A stretch of 64,000 nucleotides of DNA, from contig NC_058368.1 of NCBI RefSeq assembly GCF_018350175.1, positions 68,884,001 to 68,948,000 on the forward strand, given 5' to 3'. The notes beneath the pieces were generated by a model. It made no database searches. It was not told the DNA's origin and saw only the letters and a program-made list of their open reading frames with translations. The number at the start of each line of letters is the position of its first letter. Within the stretch, counting starts at the first letter, position 1. The position numbers and the translations under genes are program-made. Below, one piece after another: positions 1-12,170 of the stretch. This stretch comes from Felis catus. Its lineage: Eukaryota.

Positions 1-3000
1 GAGGGAAGAATAAAGATTAAAAGCATCAGATTTTACTTCTCACAAATAAATGTGAACACAACCTCAAAGCTATTTGTATAAAGATTTTTGGATATGTAAG
101 TTAGCCTGTACTAATGAAGAAATCTAGAAAGGTAAGGTCATGTTTTACTTAAACTCTCATCTCAAAGAGTTTTATAAAACATCTATTATGCAAAGCCATC
201 TGCCAGGACTATATTCAGATAAACGTAGGAGGCATTAAACACTCCCCACTATTCACCATTTGACCCATTTGGAGCCTGTTTTTTTTTCCCCCCCACAAGA
301 AAAATCTTGGTTCTGTAAAGCATTGGTGTGGGGGAAGTGGGTTCCTGGGAGACCCTCTGCCAAAACACACGGTGGTAACTGGCCTCCAAGTATGGATGCT
401 CGAATTCCTTTCTCACCATTTGCTCATTCCTGGGAACAGACTGTAGAAAGCAGCTGGGACCCAACTATGTTGTGCTCTAGAGAGGCCCAGAGGGCAAGTG
501 TCAAAATCAAGCCCTTGTGAATAGTACTCAGGTGGAGAACATCCATCTCAGCATTTGACTTCCCACCGCTAAAGCTCCTTAGCCACCTTGCACGTTTTGC
601 TCATGTCCTAACAATAGAAGGGGGTTCCGTTTCAGTAATGGATCAGGTTGCTTCAAATGAGGCAGAACTGCCATATTAAATATTTTGTGGAAAGAGGCAG
701 CAGTGAGTAAGCATGGGGGGTGGGGGGGGGGGAGATTGGAGCCTGCTATAGCTCTAAGTAAAAAAAAAAAAAAAGCTAAATGTTTGAAACTGCAGGACTT
801 GCATTCAGTTAACGCTATTGGCTAAAGCTGCTTGGCAATTTAAGTGCAAATTCCATGGCGCAGTGCAGCTCAGGCATCAGGATACAGAGGGAACGATCCG
901 GGTCAGAACACTTTTGGAAGAGGGGTGGGTCTTGGATCTAGGAGAACCGTACAGAAGCAGATTGTTTTTGCTCTTCAAGAAATCAGAAAATAAGAAGACA
1001 ATAGATCTTTTAGCTTTCTGCCTCAGAGGCAGCTGCTTTGCAGGCCAAACGACCCTGAGGTTCAGTTCATAAATGTGTCTGCAGATTCTCAAAGGAAAGG
1101 CTAAGTTATGTAAGTGTCGTAATCTAGTGCGTTTTCATTTTTCATGAATAATTTACACCTCATGGTGAGAAACTTGGGTAGAATTCTTTTCTATGGAGCA
1201 CCTAAAGACATATCAGCTCCAATTTTGTGCAGCTGAAGAGAAAATGTCAAGGGTCCTTATGTGGGACTTTACTGCCTGGTGGATTGTCCTACTTATTATG
1301 ACTCAAATCCCATCCTCTTTTGCATTTTGATGGAATTTGGGGGGAATCTTTTTAGATTGAGAAGTTCTTTTCCCAGTAGTATTTTGGCTTCTGTTGATGG
1401 TAATAAAATCATGCTCAACTTTCCTAATTTGAGGTTTCCGCTTTTGAGCAGAGTGAATATGCTGTTCATCCTGTATGTGTGTTTATTTCAGCTGTAGACC
1501 TGCACGGAAAGAGACTAGCTACCACGCAGGAACTCAAATCCATTTTCAAGGGCTGAAAGATGAATGGGGTCTCATTCTTAATAAAAGTTGTTAGGAACAG
1601 AGTACAATTTTGATTTATAGGCATTTAGCTCCCCAAGTTCTACCGCTGCCGCCCGCCTTCCTGCACTTCTTACCAGCATGTTTGGGGTGTTGGCAGCCTT
1701 TCTGTGTGGGCAGATGGAGAGGAGACATCCCCACCGCTTCCTGATGAGGGGGGAGGGACAGCCAGCTGACCCGACTGTTCCTTCACTTACTGGATCTGAC
1801 GCCACCACGTGTCACAGACAGTTGCCAGTTGGTCTGGCCTCTCAGCCCCTGCTAGCATTCCCTCTGGGCCACATCGCTGGGGGTGACGACTCCAAGGTCA
1901 GACCTGGCTGAGTCTGCTGATCATTCTGGAGGCTGCCACTGTGGACAGGGGCTAGATACCAGGAGTTTACTGCCCAGTCAGAGAAACACGGAGCAATGGG
2001 AGAATGCCAGCAAACGAAATAGTCGGATACTCAAACGTTACTATATGGGAGGTAAGCTCCGTGGCATCCCTAAAGGGGCTGGGGAGTAGGTCTTGAGGGG
2101 TGTGTAGGAATTTGACAGATAACGACCACTGTGAAGCATAAGGGGCAGAGATGGGCATGGGGTGAGGGGGAAAGGGGACAACCCATATGAACGTACCACC
2201 ATTCTGCTTTACGTGTGTCCTCATATTTAACCCTGTCAGATGGGTCCTATTCTTCTTTTACATGTGGTGAAATCAAGGCTTAGATTGGCCACATGTGCCA
2301 TCAGTAGTAGAGCCTGCATTTGACCCCAAGTCCATCTGACCCTGAAGTCTATGCCTCCCCCTTGCCCCGCATTCTTCCTCAGTAGCCTATGTGGTTCACA
2401 TGAGTTTTAGAATCAGTCCTGGACTTTATCCTACAACAGAGGCAGATGGAACAGCTATTACTTTATCAGATCTAAAGGAGGCGGGTGGACCCTGGCTCAC
2501 ATGGGCAAAACGAAGAGCTCTAGGCCATAGTGAGTGGGAGAAAGAGGAGAGGGTGCGTTTGGGCAGGGCCGGAAAGTTCAGTTGTGGAGGTGAGAAGGGA
2601 TTAGTTACTGAGGGCTTAGGAGGGCAGGATGGGAGCAGGGCAGTGATGTGTTAAATCAGAGACTAGGAAACGCTAATCTACCACCAGTGAGTGGGTGGGA
2701 ACTAGCTGGGACAGGCTGAGGGCAGGTTCACTGGGGAGGAAGCTACCTCATCAATGAAAAGATGAACTTGGGATGGAGAGAAAAGAGGAAATATGGGGAG
2801 GGATAATTAAGAATCAGGAAAGTTCAAAGGTGCATTTTGATCCTTTGGCCTCCCAAGGGTCTTCTCCCGCTTCTATAGTGTCTGGATTTCACCAACTTCC
2901 TCCTCCCTGCCACACCAGCCTTCTCTAAGACATCTCTCCAATGACTCACATAAGAACAGTTCTTGTTGACACATCTTCACTTGTATTTGTACTATGAAGG

Positions 3001-3669
3001 ACCAGTTTGTTGACCACTATTCTCTGACATTGGTTCATGAAAAAGTGTAGCATTTAGAATCTAATCTGCTGGAGCTTTTGGTCTGTTTCACTTTCAGTGA
3101 TCAAATCATATTATTCTTTCTATCATTGCCTTCGCTCTGGCGTTTTCAAAGATCCTCAGAGTTTATGTCGATGAACTTCCTGTCATCAAATACAGACACT
3201 CTTCACTGTTCACCACAGTCTGGAAGCAGCGTCATTAAGCTGGTCGTTGTAAATGTCACCCATTTTTCCATAGTCATGGTTACATCAGGCATTGCAGGTC
3301 TGACTGCAGACCTACATCAACTCTTCACAGTCATGAAAGACAGTACACCGTAAGAGAAATTTACTGCAGTCCTGCCGTACTCCCACAGTAATATAAAAAA
3401 GGAAACTAAAATGCAAGTTACAAATTGGAACAGCAGCCCAGGTGAGCAGGACAACTTATCCAAGTCACACAGATATTGACAGAGCCAGGGCTGGCACCCA
3501 ATTATCTGTGTCCTTCTGAGAGTACTGCTTTTTCTCTCTCACCACACTGCCTTCCTGAGAACGTGCTTTAACTCATCATTCCTGTGGCCACAAAGTAGAG
3601 AGCGCAGAGAAAACACACAGACAACTCAACCGCTCTCCTTTATGGAGGACTTTCCAAGAGCCAGACGTT

Positions 3670-3900
3670 GTGCTAATAAGCCTTTTATATGAATTATTAA
3701 AACCCAAAATGGCCCTGTAAGGGACTAGTCTTATCCCCAGTATGCAAATGAGGAAACTAGTTTCAAGAAGCCGAGAGGCTTGTCCGAGATCATCGGTCAA
3801 GTGGCAAAACCAGATTCAGAACTTTTCCAAGCCCCTAACTTTCCATTGCACAGTGAGAAAGACCTAGAATGGTTAAGTGACTTGCTCAAGGTTACATGAG
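3670..3900 (-). mobile_element. MIR fragments
   Basis: Core motifs aaatgaggaaact and ggttaagtgacttgctcaaggttaca. Confidence 0.65.
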
Positions 3901-4442
3901 GGTTTGAAACGTGCCTCCTAACACCACACTAACCCCACTGTCAAACCACAACGCAGCAAGAATATGTGAGCTACACATTTGTTTTTGAACAATCAATAGC
4001 TTTGCTTCCTTCTTAGAACTTAGAAAAGTTTTTGAGGAATCAAAAAGATACCCAGGGATGTTAAACTTGATTCCTTCTTTTTCTCCAAATATATTTTCCA
4101 ATAATAATTTCATAGCTCTTGCATGAGTCATTCTTTCAATATTTGTCATTGTTACACTGAAATGTTTGAAAGGGCCAGAGAACCACCTTAGTTATGAGAA
4201 TTCGGGAGAAAAGGAATTGCTTGAATCTATTCCTATTGTTCACCTTTTCTTTGCTCTTCTCTGGTCCTTGCAATGTGAAGGATGGCCTTGAACAAGGAGA
4301 GAAGTTTAAAAAGGGAAAGCTAAGGAATATGTCAAGAACGAGAAGAAAACCCCATTGTACTCCTTTGCCTTGGAAAAAAAAAAGGTGTTTAAGTGTTGCT
4401 TTTTTTTTTTTTTTTAACATAAGGTCATAAGTCCCCTGTCTG

Positions 4443-4531
4443 CGGTGTATGTGAGGCCCAGGAAAAGACAGGTGTATGTGGGGCTCAGGACAGGACAGGT
4501 ATATAGGGGACCCCAGGACAGGACAGGTGAA
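4443..4531. repeat. Degenerate ~28-bp minisatellite (about 3 copies)
   Basis: Unit approximately caggacaggacaggtRtatRtgggg. Confidence 0.7.
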
Positions 4532-5905
4532 GGTTTGAAGACAGAAGCACGGATGTGTGTTAGACGAGACTGGTGTGCAGAAGTGTCCATAAATCGTGGT
4601 TTGCTCTAAGCAGAGCGATACACAAATTATTAGTAAATGCTGTCTATACCTTGTCAAAGTATCCATGTTTTGTGGCCTGGCCTAGGAAGCTAACTTAGGT
4701 GAAATATTACCAAATAACAGTGGTCGCACGTGCTTCCTACCACTAGGCACTCATTAAATACATGACCTGATCCACACAACTCATGAGTTAGGGACAATGT
4801 TTGATCCACACTGTAGAAATGAGGAACACTAAGAATGATAAGTGTTGAATCACTGGCCTGTATAACACATCGAACGGGCCTAGAGCGGGCTCGGACGGGA
4901 TCTAACTCAAAAGAATCCTGCCTGTCATTGGATGTTAACTTTCTACTACAGTGGACGCTGATCATCATACACTGATGACTCTTGATGCTTTTATAATCAA
5001 AGATTTTAGTTTGAAAAATGATCAATATGAGTGACAGTCAAGACTTTCATCATGAATAAACAGAGAAATTCAGCTTATATTTATTTAGTTGTCAGTGACA
5101 GGTCAGGATACACAAATATAGAAAGGAGAGTAACTATATTTGACATTTTTAGTATCTTAAAATCATCAAAATCAGGTTTAGTAACAACATAGATGGAGTG
5201 CAATACAGATCATATAATACTTAAATGCACAATATTATTATTTGAATGTCCATTTTAAATGGAAGCTGAAACGAAATTTTATTTATTCCCTTCCCTTTTA
5301 AGAAAAGGGAACCAACACTTAACAAAACCAGATACTTACTATACATTGTTTTATTTACTATTCAACAGAACTCTGTGAAGTGTCTTATCCATTTTCCAGA
5401 GGAGAGCAAACATTAAAGAATAAATTGTTTAAGATTCAAGCAGGTAGGAAGTGGCTGGACAGTTTTAGAATTCAGGTTTACTGGCCTCCAAATCCTGTTC
5501 TCTTGGGTCTCCACCATAGAATGAGATTGGAGTTTATGGTCAATGTAGGATTGGGATGAATCTCTTTATATGGTTCCCTTTAAAACGTCTAACTATTGAG
5601 TTTAACTATTAGTTTTTAAAGTTGTAACCATTTAAGAAGGAAGTTCTAATAGAAACAAACCTCTTGAAATCCAAGCTCAGTATCAGAAATAGTCTGAAAA
5701 TACTGTTGGTTGATGAAACCATAAGGAAATTCAAATTTTAGTCAGAAAACAACAGCTAGAAAGCAGATGGACAAGGTCACCATTTCACCCTTACCAGGAT
5801 GGTAAACTGGCAAATAACTTCTGGCTGGAAAGAGTCTACCAAGAGGAGTCCTCTCATCCAGGGCTTTTCATTTTTTTAATTTTTCAAACAATGATAACTT
5901 TAAGA

Positions 5906-6109
5906 TTTTTTTAAGTTTATTTATTTTGAGAGCAAGAGAAAGAGCACAAGCAGGGGAGGGGCAGAGAGAGAGAGAGGGACAGGGTTGAGAATCCCAAGCA
6001 GGCTCGGCACCATCAGCACAGAGCCCAACGTGGAGCTGAAACCCACAAACCGTGAGATCATGACCTGAGCCCAAATCAAGAGTTGGACGCTTAACCCCCG
6101 GGGCACTCC
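5906..6109 (-). mobile_element. Can-SINE (SINEC)
   Basis: Reverse-strand tRNA-derived head, (CT)-rich body and A tail; degenerate TSD aaacaaYgaYaa. Confidence 0.9.
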
Positions 6110-6409
6110 TAAACAACGACAATTTAAAAGGAGAGACACTGTTTTTCTTCCCAGTCTCCATAGAACCTTACCTTCACACCTGTCTCAGGTGAATTGAACA
6201 TCACTACTTGGGAATAAACGTTTGGGGTGGCTTGGAGGAGGCAACTCAAAGGAGCCACTAGGAGGATGTCTGGTTGTAAGCAAGCCGGGGAGCTGAATTA
6301 GAAAGTGAGTCTAGGAAGCTGATGACAATTCAGGTATGAAACAGAGAGCCAGGGGTCCCATTTTAAAGCCAAAAATGGGGAGAAGAGAAGGAAAAAGGAA
6401 GAAGGAAAT

Positions 6410-6601
6410 AAGTATTGGGGGGAAAGGGGGTGTAAGGAGTTATTCTTTAATGGGCATAGAGCTCCATTTTGGAATGATGAAGAGGCCTGAAGATGGATGG
6501 TGCTGATGGTTGCTCAGCAGTGAGTGTCCTTACACCATTGAACTGTACATTTAAAAATGGTCAACATGGCAAATTTTAAGCTATGCCTATTTGCCACAAT
6601 T
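6410..6601 (+). mobile_element. Old L1 (L1MB-like) 3' end fragment
   Basis: Typical L1MB 3' sequence (...gatggatggtgctgatggttgc...cattgaactgtacatttaaaaatgg...). Confidence 0.7.
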
Positions 6602-6972
6602 TTCTGAATTGGAAAAAGGATCTGAATAGACATTTCTCCAACCAAGCAGGGATTAGGATTGGAAAGAAGACATGTGATTGTACTTTTATTAGGTCCATCG
6701 CATAAAGTTATTTTTACCTGACAAATTATTTTTTGTGGCTGTGTTGTCTTTTAAGAGTTCTGTTTTCGTAAAGCAGGCAGCTGCGTACACAAGCAGATTT
6801 GTCTTCAGTGAGCCATCCTCGCTGGAAGCGGGGTCTATGCTGAGATGTGAGGCCGTAACAACAGCCCAGTGTTCACTCGGTGGCAATGCACCTTCATACC
6901 TTTTCTCAACAGACATTTACTAAGAACCTAGTATGTTTCATGTAAAATTGACATTTCTGGGAATACAGCATT

Positions 6973-7158
6973 TACAAAAAATTTTCAAAGTTCATTTATT
7001 TATTTTGAAAGAGAGAGAGGCAGGGAGGAGCAGAGAGAGAATCCAAGCAGGCTCCACACTGTCAGTGCAGAGCCCAATGTGGGGCTCAGACTCACAAACC
7101 ATGAGACCAGGCCCCGAGCCAAAATCAAGCGTCAGCCGACAGAGCCATCCAGGCACTC
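6973..7158 (-). mobile_element. Can-SINE inserted into an L2-like fragment
   Basis: SINE motifs; TSD ctgggaatacagYatt at 6957-6972 and 7159-7174; flanks resemble an L2 3' end. Confidence 0.88.
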
Positions 7159-7639
7159 CTGGGAATACAGTATTGAACAAAACAGTCCCTGTTCTCATGA
7201 ATCTTACCTAATGAGGGTGTCAGGCAGTAAACCCACATGCAAACAGTGACAGTCCAAGCACTTCTCATATAATAAGGATCATCTCAAAAAGTAGAAATGC
7301 TCAAAGAATGGTCCTAGCCACTGAGTTTTGACAGAGGACAGCCATAAAGAAATAAAAGAGAATATAGAGGAGCTTTCTTTATATATTTTCTTTTTTCGGT
7401 CTCCATTTTTGGTATTTTGACTCCCCCTGGGAGTTATTAGGGAAGACAGATGGTAACCTGGTTTAGCTACCCACCAGCCTGCAGAGGTACCAACGTTGTG
7501 CAAGCAGAGTGAGAAAGCCAGGCTCAGAAGGTCACGGAGCTTGCTGATGGCACAGATAAGCCTCCTGAAATTCCAGTCCAGGACTCTGATTTTTCCTTTG
7601 CGCCATGATTTTACACACAATTAAGTAGTTTTGTTCACC

Positions 7640-7643
<4 letters not shown>

Positions 7644-7688
<45 letters not shown>
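7644..7688. repeat. (CT)n microsatellite
   Basis: Direct reading. Confidence 0.97.
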
Positions 7689-7692
<4 letters not shown>

Positions 7693-8392
7693 CACATATG
7701 CAGACACACAGGCAAAGAACTAAAATAGGAAAAAAAATACTAATTTTGCTGGAAATTTTGTTAGATGGCAGGGTCATCCCACCAATTCCAGAAATGTGCA
7801 AGATGAGTACGAGACACATTTCATGGCTTGCATGCAACATTAATCTTACCATTCCTTTTACCGAATCTTAGCATTTGGTTACTTTTCCGCCTTTAAGTGT
7901 CCTAAAAGCCAGTTCTTAGCAGGCTGGATTATACATTCTGCTCCACTGTTAAAATGAACACCACAGCCAAAATGTGCTCAGGATTCTAAGTCCAACATAA
8001 TGGAGGTGGATATAAAAGCAGGGTATTGAGCAGGATTGAGGACTTTATGTTGAATCCAACAGGATCTTGTTTCTGTGATTTTTTTCTTGGCCCAAATCTT
8101 CAATTTATTACTGGAAGCAAAACCCCATATTGAAAAGAGCAGGTATAAATGACTGCTCTGGAAATCTCTTTTCCATTGCTGCATAAACTGATTTTTAAAG
8201 GCATAAAAAAAGTTTTCTTGGATTCCACCTTCATGTCCAGGGGTCACCTTCCGTGAAGTAGCCTCCGAGGTTGGCAGCCTATTTCATCCCTGGTAGCCTC
8301 ACTTGCTATACATCTCACTGAAAATATTCTAAATATGAAATGTCATATTTAGAAAAATATTTTCTAATTTTTTCCTATAATGTTTTAGGATA

Positions 8393-8614
8393 TTTTTTTA
8401 AGTTCATTTATTTTGAGAGAGAGAGAGAGCACGCACATGTGCAAGTGGGGGAGGGGCAGAGAGAGAGAGAGGGAGAGAGAGAGAGAATACCAAGCAGGCT
8501 CTGCACTGTCAGGGCAGAGCCTGATGTGGGGCTCAAACCCACGAACTGTGAGATCATAAGCTGAGCCGAAATCAAGAGTTGGAAGCTTAACCAACTGAGC
8601 CACCCAGGCACCCC
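8393..8614 (-). mobile_element. Can-SINE
   Basis: Ends in ccacccaggcacccc (reverse of the head) with a (GA)n body. Confidence 0.92.
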
Positions 8615-9858
8615 AGAATATTTTCTCAAATAGTGTGGTACAAATCTTGTATACTGTGTCTGATATAGTAGAGGAATTTAGCCTTCTTTCATATATAAAA
8701 AGTCCTTAATTTTATAAGTGTTTGTTCAAAATTCCCTTTGTCACTTGGTTTGAAACTCAAATAATTTTCCCATAGAGACAGTGAGGAACTTGATGGTAAG
8801 GTCTCCAGGTTGGCCTATCATAGTTTACTTAGCTCATGACATTGCTCAAGGATAATACTGTACTAACAGCATGGGACAGGCCAAATACCATGTGCATGGA
8901 CGTTTCTGTATCTTTGAGACTCAAGAGAGATGCCAAAAGCATATGCCTAACTCAAAGCCCCAGACAGCTGTGTGATAGAAGAGTCCTTCACTTTCTCTAT
9001 CCGCTGGGAGTAGAGGAACCATCACCCACGGTGAATTCCTTGACTAGGATGTTTGCTGGGGAAGGTCGGTAGGGTAGGGATGCAATGCACGGTGTGGAAG
9101 ACAGAAGTGTCAGGCATGAACAGGAAGAGAAAACCTGGGACTTGTCCCTACCCGACCACCAGATGCATGCATCCACCCTCCTTCCCATTTTCCTTGGTTG
9201 CCACGGCCTGATCCACCCACTTCTTTTTTTTTTCCTGGCTGTCGTGTGGCCCCTCCAGTCTAGGGTCTGGTTTCGTTTTTGTTTTGTCTTGACTTCCTCT
9301 GGCATTTGCAGAGCAAACATGGTGTTACGGCTCCTCTCTTCCAGAACGAGCACCCGACACCCCTGAACACTTCTGTAGCATTGCAGGGAAGCATGAGGAA
9401 CGAAAGTCTCTCATAGGCCTTTTCCTTCTTTCTCATTTACATCCTACAGAAGAAAGAGTCATCCTTGGATGATCTATGGATTTTTAGGCGACACGAGGGC
9501 TAGATTCCTGTCTCACTGTAAAACCAACAGAAATGATCCTCAGAATCCCCTCAAGGGACTTGGATTGGTTGAGGCTAGGTGTGGGATAGATAAGGGGATC
9601 ATGAGCAGAGCCTCACCCCATACTTACAAGAATCTAGATTTTTCCACATGTGACATGGAATCATGTGAGAAGTGCAGTCTTACTCAAATCAAGAACTTCC
9701 ATGTATGTATTTTATCCAGATAAATCCAGATAATACAAATTGTCAGTGTGGACCCTGGTCAGTAATCTTCAGTGAGACCAGGGTTATTGACTTTCATGCA
9801 AAACCTCAATTATTAATATTTTTAAACGATCAATTTTTATGTATTAGAAAGTATATCT

Positions 9859-10080
9859 GGGGCGCCTGGGTGGCGCAGTCGGTTGAGCGTCCGACTTCAC
9901 CCAGGTCACGATCTCGCGGTCCGTGAGTTCGAGCCCCGCGTCGGGCTCTGGGCTGATGGCTCAGAGCCTGGAGCCTGTTTCCGATTCTGTGTCTCCCTCT
10001 CTCTCTGCCCCTCCCCCGTTCATGCTCTGTCTCTCTCTGTCCCAAAAATAAATAAATAAACGTTGGAAAAAAAAATTTTT
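9859..10080 (+). mobile_element. Young felid SINEC_Fc
   Basis: CpG-rich head ggggcgcctgggtggcgcagtcggtt; perfect TSD GAAAGTATATCT at 9847-9858 and 10081-10092. Confidence 0.95.
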
Positions 10081-12085
10081 GAAAGTATATCTGAAGAATC
10101 TTTCTGTTCAAATATTATAGGATAGAAAATTTTAGAAATGAGTCCTCAGCAAAATGATATGTCATTGAAAACAAAGGAATTAGAACTTTGAATGTAAACT
10201 TTCTGTGAAGAACAGAGGACAAAACAATCATCTGACTAAACTACTCTTTACGGTCTGCTAAATACTGTGGGCATTCTGGCTGCCTTGGGTTGCTCTTTTT
10301 GAGTGTGAAACTCATTGCCATATTTGAGAACTTTCTTCCACAACCCGCACGTGTGCCTAGCCTTCCTACATACACGCAAGCCCATTTTGAAATCAAGTCA
10401 AATGTGGCACAAGATGTTGCCTTCTCTCAGAATACTATTCCCCCAAATGATGACTGGGACTATTTTCCAAAGTGTGTTTTCATATACCACTAATTATCTT
10501 TGAATTGTCTGTGTGGTTCAAGTTTACAAATAGTCTTGAAATAGGCCAGAGTGCTTACAAATGTTCATTTATTAACCCGTATCATTAGAACTGCTCTGAT
10601 AAGGTTATGGTCACTGAGACCAAAGACATTTGCTTTTGACTTTAGTAATCCATTCTGTGATTAAGTACAGAATGAGTTTGCAGCCAAAAATGGACCCATG
10701 GGCCTCTGCCTTTGTACATTTCACCTCAACCAAAATACTTCACAAGTTTGGCCTCTCAGACAAAATTAGGGAATTTCAGACAGTCGTGACTGACATAAGT
10801 AGTACTAGAGAAAAGACGGAGAGAATATTAAACAGTAGACAGACTGAAGGAGGGAGGGATGCCAGTAGATAGTAGTGAAGAGAAACATGCGTGACAGAAT
10901 AGAAAGAAAAAAAAAACCTGTAAATAAAGAAAAAAAATATTAGCCTGGTGAGCAACAAGCAAGCTTCCCTAGCTTGGCCATAGTTGCAGGAAATGCCATT
11001 CGGTTTTCAATTTTTTAATTAATAATAAGTTCTGTTTAAAAAGATAGCGAAACATCCTTTTAAAAATTACCTTCCAAGGAAACAGGGCCTTGTAACCATG
11101 AAACAGATTGTCTAAGGAATCAACCAAGTCTAGAAGTTTTCTTCAAGTGGCTCTTTTTTTTATCCGCCTTGTTTCCGTCTTTGTGAGTGATTCTTCCCCA
11201 GCCTGGAATATTTTTCCCTTATCGATATATAACAGGGAGTAGGGGGAATGGTTTATTTTTCTCGAATATTCCCTAATCCTGAATTTCCCTGAAAGACTGC
11301 AGAGATATATATTGCACAAAGGGTTCTTTTCCTGCCCCCATTACTATATTGCACTTGTGAGTGGTCTGTTGGTATGCTACTGATGGCAGCTTTGTGGGAT
11401 CGTGTCCTCAGTAAATACTTTTTAAGCGCTCCGTGCACCCAACAGTTAATACGTGCCTCCCTAGACACTAGAGATATAAAGATGAATGAAACATGGCCTC
11501 ATTCTTAAAAACTTTGCTGTGGACCCAGTTAATGCAGCAGCCTTGCTCAGAAATGTGCATTAGAGATCCCATGCTAGTAGTATTCAGATCCACTGAGATT
11601 CCTTCAGATTTCAGCAAAACCATACAAACATAGTATGAGGCATATTTTATCTACATCATCAAACTCAACACTCCAAAGACACTGTTGGATGGCTATTCAC
11701 AGGAAGATTTAAGTAAAACATTGTTCTTCTCTTCTAATTATTTTGTGGTTTGGATCCGTAGGAACAGTTGGTCTTTTCATTGAAATGTTTTTCGTATCAA
11801 TTAAGCCAAGCAGTAAGAGTCCTTACTGACTTTAATAGTGAGCTAACATTTTGAAAGATAATTCATCTGGCATCCCGTGAATCTTTGTCATGAACACATT
11901 TATATAACAAGTATGAATATTTCTGGAAGTCATCTGGAAGCTCACCATAACCCAGGGTATTCATATGTTCAGTTCCTGGCTATCCACCACGAGGCAGGAA
12001 ACTCAGAAAGTGTTAGTAGTTGGTGCCTCTGAAGCCTGGAGAAATCCTATGCTGATCTGTCTTCTTTGGCTAACTAGCTAACCAG

Positions 12086-12170
12086 GGCTAGTTAGTTCAG
12101 CGGTTGAGTGGATGATGCCAATGCACTCAAGTTCAGTGCTTCAGCCTCTGCATGGACTATTTTGCTTTCA
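12086..12170 (+). mobile_element. Degenerate tRNA-Ile-derived element (MamSINE1-like head or tRNA pseudogene)
   Basis: GGCTAGTTAGTTCAGCGGTTGAG...TGCCAAT...CAAGTTC...TTC...GGACTA aligns by eye with tRNA-Ile(AAT), with many substitutions. Confidence 0.55.

Noticed and set aside
3010..3400. Possible processed pseudogene or transposase remnant
   Set aside because: No frame I examined gave a recognisable protein; cannot be supported without a search.
4443..4531. Repeat-spacer-like pattern
   Set aside because: About three degenerate head-to-tail units without unique spacers; eukaryotic DNA with no cas genes, so a minisatellite and not CRISPR.
4136..4666. 176-aa minus-strand ORF
   Set aside because: Runs through homopolymer tracts and a minisatellite; no recognisable domain.
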